DNA from: a virus
Reading direction: 5' to 3' (one strand)
Virus record (IMG/VR): IMGVR_UViG_3300020579_000009
Location: 1-64,000 of that record
Length of the DNA stretch: 64,000 bases
Below the pieces are notes generated by a model. The model searched no databases. It was not told the DNA's origin and worked only from the letters and a program-made list of their open reading frames with translations. The stretch's first letter is position 1. Every line of letters begins with the position of its first letter. The position numbers were made by a program, and so were the translations under genes. Below are positions 36,163 to 45,820 of this stretch, in pieces.

Positions 36163-36559
36163 GCGATTCCCCTAACTTTGCAACAATCCAGCTTTGGTTT
36201 CAGCCGGTCTCCATCTAATTCTCGCGCAATCTGACGGTCGATGCGCTTCCGTAGGTTGACGTGCGCTCCTGTTGGCCTGTAGCCATTCTGAATCAGGTCG
36301 TTGCGCTCCAGTAGCGTGTAGCAGCGATGCGTCCATGAACAATGCCGAATCGCAAAGAAAACGTGAACGCGACTACGGCCCTGACTCACACGGCGCACGA
36401 CTCGAAGCGTCCCAGAGCGCGAACGTAGAACGTCTCCAGCCCTGACTTTCCATATCCAGGAGAATCCGCGCTGTTTGTCGCTCTCCATTTTCATACGCTT
36501 TGTGCGCTCAATGTACCAATCGTCGCTCGTGGCTACATCCATTGGCTCCTCCGATGTCG

Positions 36560-37084
36560 TCATGGCTGCGATGTCTCCTTCCAAAATGGTATCGGCTTTG
36601 CATCCTTCGGCAGATAGAGCGGATGACGCGGCGAGCCATCTTTGTTCCTGCCAAAACATTTGAAGTCCGTCCGCAGAATTTGTGAAAACTTTACGATTAC
36701 TTTCTCATCCCGCTTTAGATAATGGCCGTGCTTTCCCCACGCCGCGATGATGATTCCAGCTTCTCTAGCCGAATCCTCAATCCATGTATCGTTGTCTGGG
36801 CCTATCGGGTCTTTCGCTGCCATCATCTCTTTGGGATTGGTCGCCCGAAACGCAAACAGATTCGTCATGCACAACGCTCCGTAGCCCCACGCATTAGCGA
36901 AGCCTACGCAGCGACGAATCGTAGGGTCGTCTTGGATTTCATCAGCGGTAGACGGGTTCAGCCCCACAAACATCGCATAGGCTCGCTTGCGCCCGAATCC
37001 TTGACGCTCCTCTCCGTCAAGCATCGGCCAGTCGCGCCAAAGCGTATAGCGATAAACTCTATCCTCGCTGAGAATTGCGCTCAC
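36560..37084 (-). CDS. DUF1643 family protein
   Basis: YRYTLWR, FVGLNPSTAD..DDPTIRRC, NLFAFRATNP, AWG, HPLY. Confidence 0.9.
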   Translation of the reverse strand: MSAILSEDRVYRYTLWRDWPMLDGEERQGFGRKRAYAMFVGLNPSTADEIQDDPTIRRCVGFANAWGYGALCMTNLFAFRATNPKEMMAAKDPIGPDNDTWIEDSAREAGIIIAAWGKHGHYLKRDEKVIVKFSQILRTDFKCFGRNKDGSPRHPLYLPKDAKPIPFWKETSQP

Positions 37085-38182
37085 CCTCTGCTCCCCGCTC
37101 TCACTTTGAACCTTTAGCTGGATTGCACCAGCAAACAGCTATGGCATGAGTATCGTCAAGGTTTAGAACGTGATTTTTGCTTTCACAGCTTGGGCAATAA
37201 GGAATAGAAGTTCCTTCCCTTGCTTCCAACTCTCCCCCGCATTCGCGACAATGCAATTTAATTGTTCTCCGTTCCATTGTTCTGCTCCCCGCTCTCTTGG
37301 TAGTAGGATGGGTCACGGGCGTAGCCTCACTTCTTTTTTGCCGCGCGTCGTGCGCTGGACTTGCGTGATTGACTCGTAGACGATAAACTTTTTCTCAGCA
37401 GAATCTTCTTCTGCGAAGTGAACAGTGTCTCCGTTGAGGAAAAACTGGCCTCTGCCGATACCACGCTCATCAACAGGGATTTGCCTCATCACTTCGCTGC
37501 AAGGCATGCCCTTGCGATAAATCAGCACTCGCGCAACCATGCCGATAGTCGGTTTAGTCCGTCGCTCGCTCATTTCTGTCTCCCACGCGGTTTGCGCTTG
37601 GTGCTGGGCTTCGCGCCTAAAGTCCCCGCCTGTGCATCTCTTGCTGCTCGCGCCATACAACATAAAATCATTTCCCGGTAGAACATCGGAGGCGTCCCCT
37701 TGTGTCCTTCTCCTGCTTCGCCGTGCATGCAAGGAAGCTCTCGGAGCGTTTCCCCTATCTCGAATATGATTCCTTCGCCCATGTCCTTGTTGACCTTCTC
37801 GCACCATTGTTTCTCCGCAAATTCTTCCAACTTCGCCAGCACAGTCCCATGCGCCAAGTCTGCCTTGAGCTGATTCTTGCCTTGCTCCACCTGTATCGCC
37901 GTCAGCTTCGTCTCCAGCGCATTAATCCCTGCCAGCAACTTGCCTTGCGATTCGGCCACGCTCTTCAGCAATACCGCATGCGTCTTGTGCCATTCCTCGC
38001 TCATTGTTGCTTCGCCTGCCGTGATTCCAGCTCGCCAATCGGTATCTGCCACTTGCGGCCTAGCTTCTTTGCCGGGAGTTTGCCCAGATAGATTTGCTGA
38101 TAGATGTGATTCAGCGACATCCCCGTTGCTCTGGCGAAAGCGTAGACGCCCACGTATCCATTGCTATTCTTCGACATCTATT

Positions 38183-38662
38183 TTATCCCCTTGTACTCAA
38201 TCCCTCTCGAATGTTCGCTGTGTGGTGGATGAATCGCTTTGCGGCTCCGCCAGTCTTTGGACGGCTGTTGTCCTCCCGCGTGTCTTTGCCGCGATAGGTT
38301 CCAAGACGCCCAGACTTCGGCATGGCTTTGAGTTTGTAATCGCCCGGCTCGAACGATGCGCCACGGTCAAAGGAAACTACTTCCTTGCTGACCGCTTCGG
38401 GAACCTTGTAGCGCGTGGCATGCGTTCCTTTGATGACGTAAGCGATCGAAGCGGAGATGATGACACTCGCTGCGCTCTCTTGCCGCTTCACCGCCGTTGC
38501 CATCGCGCATTCCCCGTGATTCTTCTTGACGCTTGTTTTGTAGTCCTTCTCCGTGACGTTGACGAGCAAATCGTCGTCCGCATCCGTAACTGTTTTAACT
38601 TTCGGCGCGAACTTCTGAACCACGCCAAGAGCTACTCGGCCAATCCTGTTGCGATTCTTCAT
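38183..38662 (-). CDS. Hypothetical protein, paralog of 32989..33468
   Basis: VTDADD, CAMATA, PEAVSKEVVSFDR, HHTANIR. Confidence 0.75.
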   Translation of the reverse strand: MKNRNRIGRVALGVVQKFAPKVKTVTDADDDLLVNVTEKDYKTSVKKNHGECAMATAVKRQESAASVIISASIAYVIKGTHATRYKVPEAVSKEVVSFDRGASFEPGDYKLKAMPKSGRLGTYRGKDTREDNSRPKTGGAAKRFIHHTANIREGLSTRG

Positions 38663-38689
38663 GTAGCGCCCCCCTTATGAGGGCTGGCA

Positions 38690-38813
38690 TACTTCTACTA
38701 CTACTCGGCCAAACCTGTCAAGGACATAAAGTGTCACTTTAGCGATTATCCACAGACACTTTTTGGCTGGTACTTTCGTACTATTGCATAGCCTGTTTTG
38801 GTAGTAGTAGTAT
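38690..38813. promoter_or_regulatory. Divergent early promoter region with GTAGTAG arrays
   Basis: TTGACA (minus, 38716-38721) and TTGCAT-18-TAGTAT (plus); transcription direction switches here. Confidence 0.55.
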
Positions 38814-38833
38814 GTTGCCAGCGGGAGGCGCAC

Positions 38834-39052
38834 ATGGACGGATTGGACTTCATGGCAATCAGTGCTTGGGAACTCGACGAGGAACAGGGCATGCGCGGGT
38901 GGCTCTTGTGGCTCAAACAGGCCGAAAAGCTCATGCACAAGCGCACTCTCGACGGCTGCGAGGATGAGGACGGCTATTCGCTGGACTCCGCGCACGATGC
39001 TTTTGAGGCAGAAATCTCACCCGAAGATTACGCAGCAGGGAAACGAGCCTAG
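38834..39052 (+). CDS. Small acidic hypothetical protein
   Basis: GGGAGG RBS; LDG.EDEDGYSLDSAHDAFEA. Confidence 0.6.
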   Translation: MDGLDFMAISAWELDEEQGMRGWLLWLKQAEKLMHKRTLDGCEDEDGYSLDSAHDAFEAEISPEDYAAGKRA

Positions 39053-39086
39053 TTCGCAGCCCCCTGCACTAGAAAGAGGAGCCGAA

Positions 39087-39371
39087 ATGAAACACTTTCC
39101 AGAGAAAATCTACGATATGCGCGGCAACAACAATGGCTTGTATCGCGTCGCTGTGGTCTGGTGCGCGGTTTGCCGCCAGCAATGGGGCGAAGGCTCTTGG
39201 CTAGAGGGCATGAAGGGCTACGACAAGGCCCACCAACCCACCTTCTCCGAGGGTATGACCCGCTTGAATTCCGTGCTAAAGCGTGTCGCTGAGGCCGCCG
39301 TGCCGGATACCGAGCGCGAGGATTACAAAGCCTATGAGCGGTGGCGCGAAGATAGGGCGGTGCGCGGATGA
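39087..39371 (+). CDS. Hypothetical protein
   Basis: GAGGAG RBS, MKHFPEK... Confidence 0.55.
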   Translation: MKHFPEKIYDMRGNNNGLYRVAVVWCAVCRQQWGEGSWLEGMKGYDKAHQPTFSEGMTRLNSVLKRVAEAAVPDTEREDYKAYERWREDRAVRG

Positions 39372-39766
39372 TTCACTCCATCCCTTGCCCTGATTGCTCG
39401 AAGCGCATGGATTCGTTCCTCTGGTGCGAGCGATGCCTTGGAAGCGGACGTATCGCGCTTATCGCCAAGCCCCAGCCCAGCGGGAAAGCCCTGCTACGCG
39501 CGGCGGGGATATGGTTTGGCTTTTTTCTGCTTGGTATTTTGCTGGTGCTGCGGCAGTTGAGGTTGCTCTAATGGACGCCTTCTTTCAAGCGCATGAAGCG
39601 TGGATTCTAGTTTTCATAATCGCTGGCAGCGTCAAGTTCGTCTTTGACGTATTCGACGTGATGAAGTGGTGGAGCAAAGAATGACCAGCGCGGAAGTGAC
39701 CTGGAAATCCATCGGCAAGTTCCTGCTCGCGGTCTTGGGGGCTTTGGCCTATGTCTACGGTCTGCT

Positions 39767-40141
39767 GTGGCTGCGGGGGCTGGGCCAGTGAAAAAGCTCT
39801 GCCTGTTATGCAAGAAGCGTTTCTCTGATGGCCTTTTCTGCGCTCATTGCACGTTTGAGAAACACATGAAGTCTATGAATCTCACTATCGAACCGGAATT
39901 TCTTTTTCACCCGCAACGCAAGTGGCGATGGGACTACATCCTTTCCGGTCATAGAATCGCCGTGGAAATTCAGGGCCAGATTTGGCACAAAGGCGGTCAC
40001 ACGTCCGGCAAGGGAATGCAGCGCGATATGGACAAGAGAAATGCCGGAGTCATGCTGGGCTGGCGCGTGCTTACGTTTTCGACTGACGATGTAATCAGAG
40101 GCCGCGCAAAAGCGTTTATCTACGAACATCTCTTCACCTAA
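39767..40141 (+). CDS. Vsr/DUF559-like PD-(D/E)xK endonuclease
   Basis: EFLFHPQRKWRWD..IAVEIQG...GGH...D.DK.NA...GWRVL. Confidence 0.8.
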   Translation: MAAGAGPVKKLCLLCKKRFSDGLFCAHCTFEKHMKSMNLTIEPEFLFHPQRKWRWDYILSGHRIAVEIQGQIWHKGGHTSGKGMQRDMDKRNAGVMLGWRVLTFSTDDVIRGRAKAFIYEHLFT

Positions 40142-40154
40142 AAGGAGCTTTTCA

Positions 40155-40973
40155 ATGGCAAATGAGCAACTGGAAATCCCTAGCGAGAAGCACCGCTTCA
40201 GCAACACAAAAGAAGTGCGAGACGAAATCAAGGCTCTTGCCGCGAATGGCGAGACGAAAGAGCTTCCTAAGCTGAACCTGCTGCAAAAGCTCGCTGCCAT
40301 CGTTGCGGAAATCGACAACGTGGACAAGCGCGGGCGCAACGAGTTCCAAAAATATGCATATGTCAAGGCCACGGATGTCGCTTGGCTTGTCAGGAAAGCC
40401 CTGTCCAGCCGGAATATCTACCTGGTGGCCGACGTGGTGGAAGTGCGGAACTACGAAATCCCTGCTAGGGAAGGCTCCATGCAAGCCGTGGACGTGAAGA
40501 TGCAGTTCAGCTTCTTTGATGGCGATGTGGTGGATGGCATGCCCGTTGTGCTCCATGCCTTCGGTACGGGCACCGACAAAGGCGACAAGGCCATCTACAA
40601 GGCCATGACCGGCGCTTTGAAGTATGGGCTTCGCCATGCTTTCCTCATCCCAGATGAGTCTGACCCCGAAGGCGATGCCAGCGTGGACAAGCTGACCGCC
40701 AATGCCAAGAAAGTCGGCGAAGAGAAGGCCAAAGCCATCAAGGAAGGCAAGAATCCACCTGTCCTTAGCCTCTTCTACATCTGGAACGATGAGAACCAGA
40801 CGGCTGAGATTGTGGGGGCCGAAGAGCTGAAAACGGCCAACAAGGACATCCTCAAGCAGTTCTGGAGCAATGCGGCAAAGGCCATCATCGTCACCGGTGA
40901 GCAGTTGGAAGGGCTGAAGTACCAGTTTGAGCAGCGGGAAGTGCCGTTTAGCCCATTGAAGGCGAAGGCATGA
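40155..40973 (+). CDS. erf: ERF-family ssDNA-annealing recombinase
   Basis: VDKRGRNEFQKYAY, GTGTDKGDKAIYKAMTGALKY.L...F.I....DPE. Confidence 0.88.
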   Translation: MANEQLEIPSEKHRFSNTKEVRDEIKALAANGETKELPKLNLLQKLAAIVAEIDNVDKRGRNEFQKYAYVKATDVAWLVRKALSSRNIYLVADVVEVRNYEIPAREGSMQAVDVKMQFSFFDGDVVDGMPVVLHAFGTGTDKGDKAIYKAMTGALKYGLRHAFLIPDESDPEGDASVDKLTANAKKVGEEKAKAIKEGKNPPVLSLFYIWNDENQTAEIVGAEELKTANKDILKQFWSNAAKAIIVTGEQLEGLKYQFEQREVPFSPLKAKA

Positions 40974-41115
40974 GATTGCATGGCCAAAGTGTGACGAGCT
41001 ATAGAGGCAGGAACAACCTCCGGCAATGGCGTAGCAAGAGTGATGAGCGGGCAGGCATGCCCGTAGCTTCACAAATTGGATGGGAAGTCACACCCTTAGC
41101 GCGGGTTCCTGTCCA

Positions 41116-41424
41116 ATGAAATTCTCTGAACTCAAAGCGAACTGGGCGTGGTTTCTGGAGCATATGCCGGACGATGAGCCTTGCTCGTTCCCGCGCAGAG
41201 AGGTCAAGCGCAGAATCGCCAACAAAGAGAAACGGAGCAGGGTTTCCTTTGCCTGCGACCCGGATACCTACTCCGAGTTCCACCGGGAGCGGGAACGCAT
41301 CATGCGCGTGCTCGATGAAAACCCCACGCTGTTCGGCCTGTTTATGATTAAGTGCTTGGGCCATTGGGATGACATCGACATCGCAGAGTGGAAGAAAGAG
41401 CAGGAAGGGCCAGATGAAAGCTGA
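41116..41424 (+). CDS. Hypothetical protein
   Basis: ORF in early operon. Confidence 0.5.
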   Translation: MKFSELKANWAWFLEHMPDDEPCSFPRREVKRRIANKEKRSRVSFACDPDTYSEFHRERERIMRVLDENPTLFGLFMIKCLGHWDDIDIAEWKKEQEGPDES

Positions 41425-41761
41425 TAGGCAGGCGACGGAAGCCGCTCGCTTCGAGGACGATAGGAGCTATATTGCGAAGGACGGCAGGCACGTCCTGCGT
41501 GGATACGATTGGGACGAACGCAAGCGGGAACTGTTTAAGCGCAGCGGAGGACGGTGCGAGTTCCTGAACTGTCAGGGCTATCGCTGCTCTGCCGAAGGCG
41601 CTATCCCGGCGCACATCATTCCGAGGCACCCGTTGCGCGATGACCGCTTATCAAATTTGAAGCATTACTGCATCCCGCACGACAAGCAGATGGAGAAACA
41701 GGCTTGGCGGAGAATACGGAGCGACAAAGCCGAGAGGATAGCAAATGGTCAAATACCCTAG
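41414..41761 (+). CDS. HNH-type protein
   Basis: RSGGRCE..C...AHIIPR...D.LSNL...C..HD. Confidence 0.65.
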   Translation: MKADRQATEAARFEDDRSYIAKDGRHVLRGYDWDERKRELFKRSGGRCEFLNCQGYRCSAEGAIPAHIIPRHPLRDDRLSNLKHYCIPHDKQMEKQAWRRIRSDKAERIANGQIP

Positions 41762-41982
41762 AATGAGGCACTTCCGGTCTGGCGATACGAACCACGTGGA
41801 AACCTGGTGGAGCAGAACCACGGAGATTGGCGTGGGCGTGGTGCCCGTCAAGAGCGATAACTTAGAGCCTGTGCGCTTGCCTGTGGGCCTAGAAGTGACC
41901 GTGGCTACCATGCTGCGCCATTTGCCGAGCAAGCGCGAGCGGGAAGCAAAACGCTTTCTCGCCCTCACGGAGCGCAGCTAGA

Positions 41983-42525
41983 ATGCGACTGTATTTTATT
42001 CGCCGGGACATGGAAATTAGCGATGCTTTGCCGCTAGATATGCCCTATTTGCGAAAACTCCAGAAGGAAGAATCTTTCGCGCTTGGCTGGATTCCTGAGC
42101 AAATCTTTGACAGGGTTTGGGCTGGAACTTTCACGGGATGGATTTTGCTTTGCCGCGTGAATGGCGACCCTGTGGGTTTTTGTTTTTGCGCTCCGGGCTA
42201 TAAAGCCCCTTTTTATGGAAGAATCTATCAACTCGCGGTGCAAGCCGATGCGCGGCGCTATGACTATGGAACATTCCTTGCCGACACAGCGCATTCGCTT
42301 ATTTCGGAATCAGGCTCGCAGGGAACAACGCTGCGATGCGCCCATGATTTGCCGTCGAACTTCTTTTGGGATGCTCTGGGGTGGAAGCTGCTAGGGATTA
42401 TTCCCGAAGGTTCCAGCGTGGGGGACTCGCCGCGCAAGACAAAGCGAGCCTTGCACAAGCGATTGAAAGTAGGCACGTCGCTATTCCCGTTGGTCGGCCT
42501 TGAACGTGAACTGGCTCGCAGCTAG
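41983..42525 (+). CDS. GNAT-like acetyltransferase
   Basis: VGFC, RIYQLAVQADARRYDYG, LRCAHDLPSNFFWDALGW. Confidence 0.75.
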   Translation: MRLYFIRRDMEISDALPLDMPYLRKLQKEESFALGWIPEQIFDRVWAGTFTGWILLCRVNGDPVGFCFCAPGYKAPFYGRIYQLAVQADARRYDYGTFLADTAHSLISESGSQGTTLRCAHDLPSNFFWDALGWKLLGIIPEGSSVGDSPRKTKRALHKRLKVGTSLFPLVGLERELARS

Positions 42526-42666
42526 GGGGCGCGGATTTTGCTTGCAAAGGGAGCGAAAAAAGCTCTTGTAGAGAAAGGAGTTTTGCTCTTGCGCGGCCCC
42601 CGGAGCGGTGAGGGGGGAGCCAGCGTTTCGCTATTTCTTCTACCGTAAAATAGTTTGAGAATTAGC

Positions 42667-42695
42667 TTGACAAACCTAACGCTAGGTTGTAGGAT
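42667..42695 (+). promoter_or_regulatory. Sigma70 promoter with palindromic operator in the spacer
   Basis: TTGACA-17-TAGGAT; spacer contains AACCTA-ACGC-TAGGTT. Confidence 0.7.
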
Positions 42696-42825
42696 GGGGT
42701 TAGAAAGTGAGGCACGCCATGACATACGAAACGCCATTCGGAACCTTCAACACCTGGGAAGAAGCTGCTATAGCTTGCGAGCGCTGTGACATGGACCCTG
42801 TTACCTGCATCAAGATGGTGCGGCC

Positions 42826-43113
42826 ATGAACCAATGCGGCTTTCGAGGACTTGGCCATTACTGCACACTCGGCAAGGTGCAGTTTATTTCTCGCTATCAG
42901 GAGACGAACGATTACTGCGTTGACGGGCGGCGCGTTTCTGTGACTGATGCTGGCGACGTTCACCATGACGAAGAAGGCGATATTGCTCGCATCTACGCAT
43001 TTGAGCTTTCTAAGCATCAAGAGTATCTACGCTGGCATTCTGAGAATGTCTCTTGGCTGAAGAATAAGCCATTCAAATTCAGTGCGGGAATCTGCAAGGC
43101 GTTCGCGGCATGA
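42826..43113 (+). CDS. Hypothetical protein
   Basis: ATGA-coupled ORF downstream of the promoter. Confidence 0.5.
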   Translation: MNQCGFRGLGHYCTLGKVQFISRYQETNDYCVDGRRVSVTDAGDVHHDEEGDIARIYAFELSKHQEYLRWHSENVSWLKNKPFKFSAGICKAFAA

Positions 43114-43341
43114 GACGCAGGGGCACGCATCCTTTGAGCGGCAAGAAATATGCCGCTATGTTGGCGAAAATAAGTGAACCTAGATTTGTTGCTGAAGGGG
43201 CTTGCGGCGGTGAATATGCCGTCGTGTGGGACAGAAAGCGCCAGCGAATCGTATTTCCTTATCTGCGCACTGGCGTAAGCCTATCGGACGACCAAATTAG
43301 AGCCATTGCAGAAGAATTGAATGGTTTAATGGGAGACGCCA

Positions 43342-43806
43342 ATGAGCGGCTCTGACAAAGTTTATATCCCTGAGTGGATGCCGGAGCGCCGCCAGGACTT
43401 CATGGTGACTTGCGATGAAGTACCCACTCCTCATTCCTATGCCATTTGCTGTTGCACGGCGAACCACAAAAATCCCAATCCAGTGCCATCGTGGACTTCG
43501 CATGACCCATTGACCAGATGGGCAGACAGTATCGTATATGCGTTTTCGACCGGACAGTATGGAGATTTGCACGTTGATGAGAACTTCGCCAAGGCAGTAT
43601 TGGATGTGAAGAATCGCATCAAGGCATCCCAAGCGACGAAGCAATTAAAGCAGTGCCATACCTTGGCTTGCAGATGCGGGAAGAAAATTGAAATTGAGAC
43701 GTTCGGTTGGGGACCGGGAGAGCATGGCGAATCTTGGATGTGTCCTGACTGCAAGAAGCGATACATGGAGTTATGCGAAAGGCAAATTGATGAATCAGGA
43801 ACATAG
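43342..43806 (+). CDS. Cys-rich hypothetical protein
   Basis: GGGAG RBS; CRCG...CPDC. Confidence 0.5.
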   Translation: MSGSDKVYIPEWMPERRQDFMVTCDEVPTPHSYAICCCTANHKNPNPVPSWTSHDPLTRWADSIVYAFSTGQYGDLHVDENFAKAVLDVKNRIKASQATKQLKQCHTLACRCGKKIEIETFGWGPGEHGESWMCPDCKKRYMELCERQIDESGT

Positions 43807-43897
43807 CGAGAATCATTACAACTGTAATGCTTGCGTGGCGTTTAACGTTTATTGGATTAGTGGACAAGGAAAGATGGTCAATTTGAGGCAGCGTTAC

Positions 43898-44032
43898 ATG
43901 AGCGATACACCTAAGAATCCCGCCGCAGTAGCTCTCGGCAGCATAAAGAGCAAGAAAAAAGCTAAGTCCTCGCGCAAGAACGGCAAGCTAGGCGGCAGGC
44001 CAAAGAAAGTAGTTGACAAGGCGGCGCAATGA
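43898..44032 (+). CDS. Small basic protein
   Basis: KNPAAVALG..KSKKKAKSSRKNGKLGGRPKK. Confidence 0.6.
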   Translation: MSDTPKNPAAVALGSIKSKKKAKSSRKNGKLGGRPKKVVDKAAQ

Positions 44033-44040
44033 TTTACAAT
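44013..44040 (+). promoter_or_regulatory. Sigma70 promoter upstream of replication leader
   Basis: TTGACA-16-TACAAT. Confidence 0.65.
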
Positions 44041-44045
44041 TTCCG

Positions 44046-44135
44046 CAGATATCTGTGGTCGGGCTTGTGGCGTACCCCACTTTGCCGTGAGCCGTTGCAA
44101 GCCCACCACGCATATCTGGAAAGACTCACGGCAAA
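44046..44135 (+). ncRNA. Pseudoknot-capable structured leader RNA
   Basis: Long stem 44046-44072/44093-44118; loop segment TTTGCCGTGAG (44081-44091) is perfectly complementary to CTCACGGCAAA (44125-44135). Confidence 0.5.
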
Positions 44136-44240
44136 TGTCCTCAAAATTGACCACGTACTTTGTGACCATCACGAGAGAGTCATTCGCCGCGCTGTGAAGC
44201 GATTTTGCTTGACATTCGATAGCGTTATACTGTAACTTCC

Positions 44241-44984
44241 ATGCTCATGGCGAACACAAAAGTAGGACTTGCGTACCGCAGCACTCGGCGGAATTGGGTA
44301 AAACTGTGGACGCATGAATGGTTGCGCGGCACTTCGCGGTTTGAGTTGAATCCAGCGCAGCGGAGCGCGTTTGTGGACTTACTGGCGATGGCCGGAGACT
44401 CAAAAGTACCGGGGAAGGTCTGCGCTGGAATTGATGTTGATGGGTCGATTCTCGGCTTTCCGCTGGATTACATTGCTGGCGTTCTGACGATGGATAAGCC
44501 GTATCTCAGGGACACGCTATTCCTTCTTGAAAAGCAGGGAAGAATTGAGACTTCACTGGACGCCAGAGGTAACTCGATTATCACTCTCACAAGCTGGGTG
44601 AAATATCAGTCGGAGTATCATCGCCAGAAAAGTTACAGGTCAAACTCCGATGAGGTGACAGGCAAAGTTACAAGTGAAACTCCTGCGAAGTTACCAGTAG
44701 AGGGAGAAGTAGAGGTAGATGGAGAAATAGAAGAAGAAACATCTTTTGGTGTGTTTTGGGATTTGTATCCTCGCAAAGTCGGAAAGGCAAAGGCAACTGT
44801 CCTGTGGAAGAAACTAAGCTCTAGACCGGAGCTTCAAAAGAACGCCTTGCATGGGCTGAAACTTTGGAAACAATCCGAGCAATGGAACCGCGACGACGGA
44901 AAGTACATCCCGTACTGTTCTACTTTTCTGGCGCGAGAGCAATGGGCCGATGAGCCGTGGACTGGAGCTTTTGAAGGGCGCTAG
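44241..44984 (+). CDS. Phage replication initiator (replisome-organiser-like)
   Basis: WVKLW..W...S, LLAMAG, WVKYQ, FGVFWDLYPRKVGK..A...W, YIPY.STFL..E.W. Confidence 0.8.
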   Translation: MLMANTKVGLAYRSTRRNWVKLWTHEWLRGTSRFELNPAQRSAFVDLLAMAGDSKVPGKVCAGIDVDGSILGFPLDYIAGVLTMDKPYLRDTLFLLEKQGRIETSLDARGNSIITLTSWVKYQSEYHRQKSYRSNSDEVTGKVTSETPAKLPVEGEVEVDGEIEEETSFGVFWDLYPRKVGKAKATVLWKKLSSRPELQKNALHGLKLWKQSEQWNRDDGKYIPYCSTFLAREQWADEPWTGAFEGR

Positions 44985-45009
44985 GCGCTGCGGGAAGGTT
45001 GGCGCGGCG
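44883..45009 (+). repeat. 127-bp exact direct repeat, copy 2
   Basis: Identical to 1-127; covers the 3' end of the replication gene. Confidence 0.95.
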
Positions 45010-45092
45010 CGGGCCAGAAGTGAGGTGAGCGCAGATTTAGCTTGTAACGGGCCAAGCATGTAAGTACGATTCGCGCAGCAAAGGAGAAAAGC

Positions 45093-45536
45093 ATGAGACC
45101 TAGAAGGGCATTTCCGACCATCGCTTTGCTGATTCCGCTGATGCTGCTGACGCAGGCTTACGCTTGCACGGGTGGCGTGGTTCACAAAGTCACCGTGGCG
45201 CAGCACGACTTCCGCATCGCGGTACAGGCGTTTCAGGACACGGAGATTGCGCTCTACAACCAGGGCGGAGTTATCTCACCGGACACGCACCGGGAGATTC
45301 AGGAATACATCGGCAAAGTGGCGCTGGCGGGCGTAGACCTAGACCAAGCCTTAGCCTCAAACGCTCCCACTTCGACGCTCAAGACCAAGCTCGACAGCAT
45401 CATGGCCTTACTTGACCAGCTCAATACGCAAGGGCTTCTGGGAGTGAAGAGCCAGAACGCCAAACTTGCGCTGACCTCTGCTCTGCTTGCCATAAAGGGC
45501 ATTGTCGCTGGCGCGGAAGCGTGGGTGACGCAATGA
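45093..45536 (+). CDS. Exported/lipoprotein-like protein (unit B)
   Basis: First 18 aa identical to 744..1130, then AYAC; helical mature part. Confidence 0.7.
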   Translation: MRPRRAFPTIALLIPLMLLTQAYACTGGVVHKVTVAQHDFRIAVQAFQDTEIALYNQGGVISPDTHREIQEYIGKVALAGVDLDQALASNAPTSTLKTKLDSIMALLDQLNTQGLLGVKSQNAKLALTSALLAIKGIVAGAEAWVTQ

Positions 45537-45742
45537 ATCCTTTGCTCATAGTCCAGATTCTCCAAGCCCTGCTCGCGGCTGAGCCTACGGTAGTCCAAGC
45601 AATTCATAACCTGCTCTCCGGCACGGGCACCGCCGATGATTTGGCCGTCCTCGGCGCGGACAAGATTGCTTGGCAAGCCATCGCAGACAAGGCAGCGGCG
45701 GAAGTGGCAAAGATACCGCCGACTACCACCAAGATTCCGTGA
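45533..45742 (+). CDS. Small amphipathic protein coupled to the lipoprotein
   Basis: ATGA overlap; LLIVQILQALLA. Confidence 0.65.
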   Translation: MNPLLIVQILQALLAAEPTVVQAIHNLLSGTGTADDLAVLGADKIAWQAIADKAAAEVAKIPPTTTKIP

Positions 45743-45820
45743 GTTTCGCGCTAAGGGGCTTGGCGCGATAGGACGGCTCCCCACCTTCCCCAAGAGGCTA
45801 ACTAGGGCCGTCCGACTTTT

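Larger units (their letters stand above)
1..44882. mobile_element. Phage unit A, apparently complete ~44.9 kb podovirus-like genome (circularly permuted view)
   Basis: Contains TerL, portal, scaffold, capsid, tail, ejection, lysis, recombination and replication genes. The sequence at 44883 returns to that of position 1. Confidence 0.85.

Noticed and set aside
37877-38680. 267-aa plus-strand ORF
   Set aside because: Antisense to better-supported minus-strand genes.
40152-41072. 306-aa minus-strand ORF
   Set aside because: Antisense shadow of the ERF gene.
44029-44235. 68-aa ORF as a protein gene
   Set aside because: It overlaps a promoter and a strongly paired region. A leader-peptide role cannot be excluded, so it is left uncalled.
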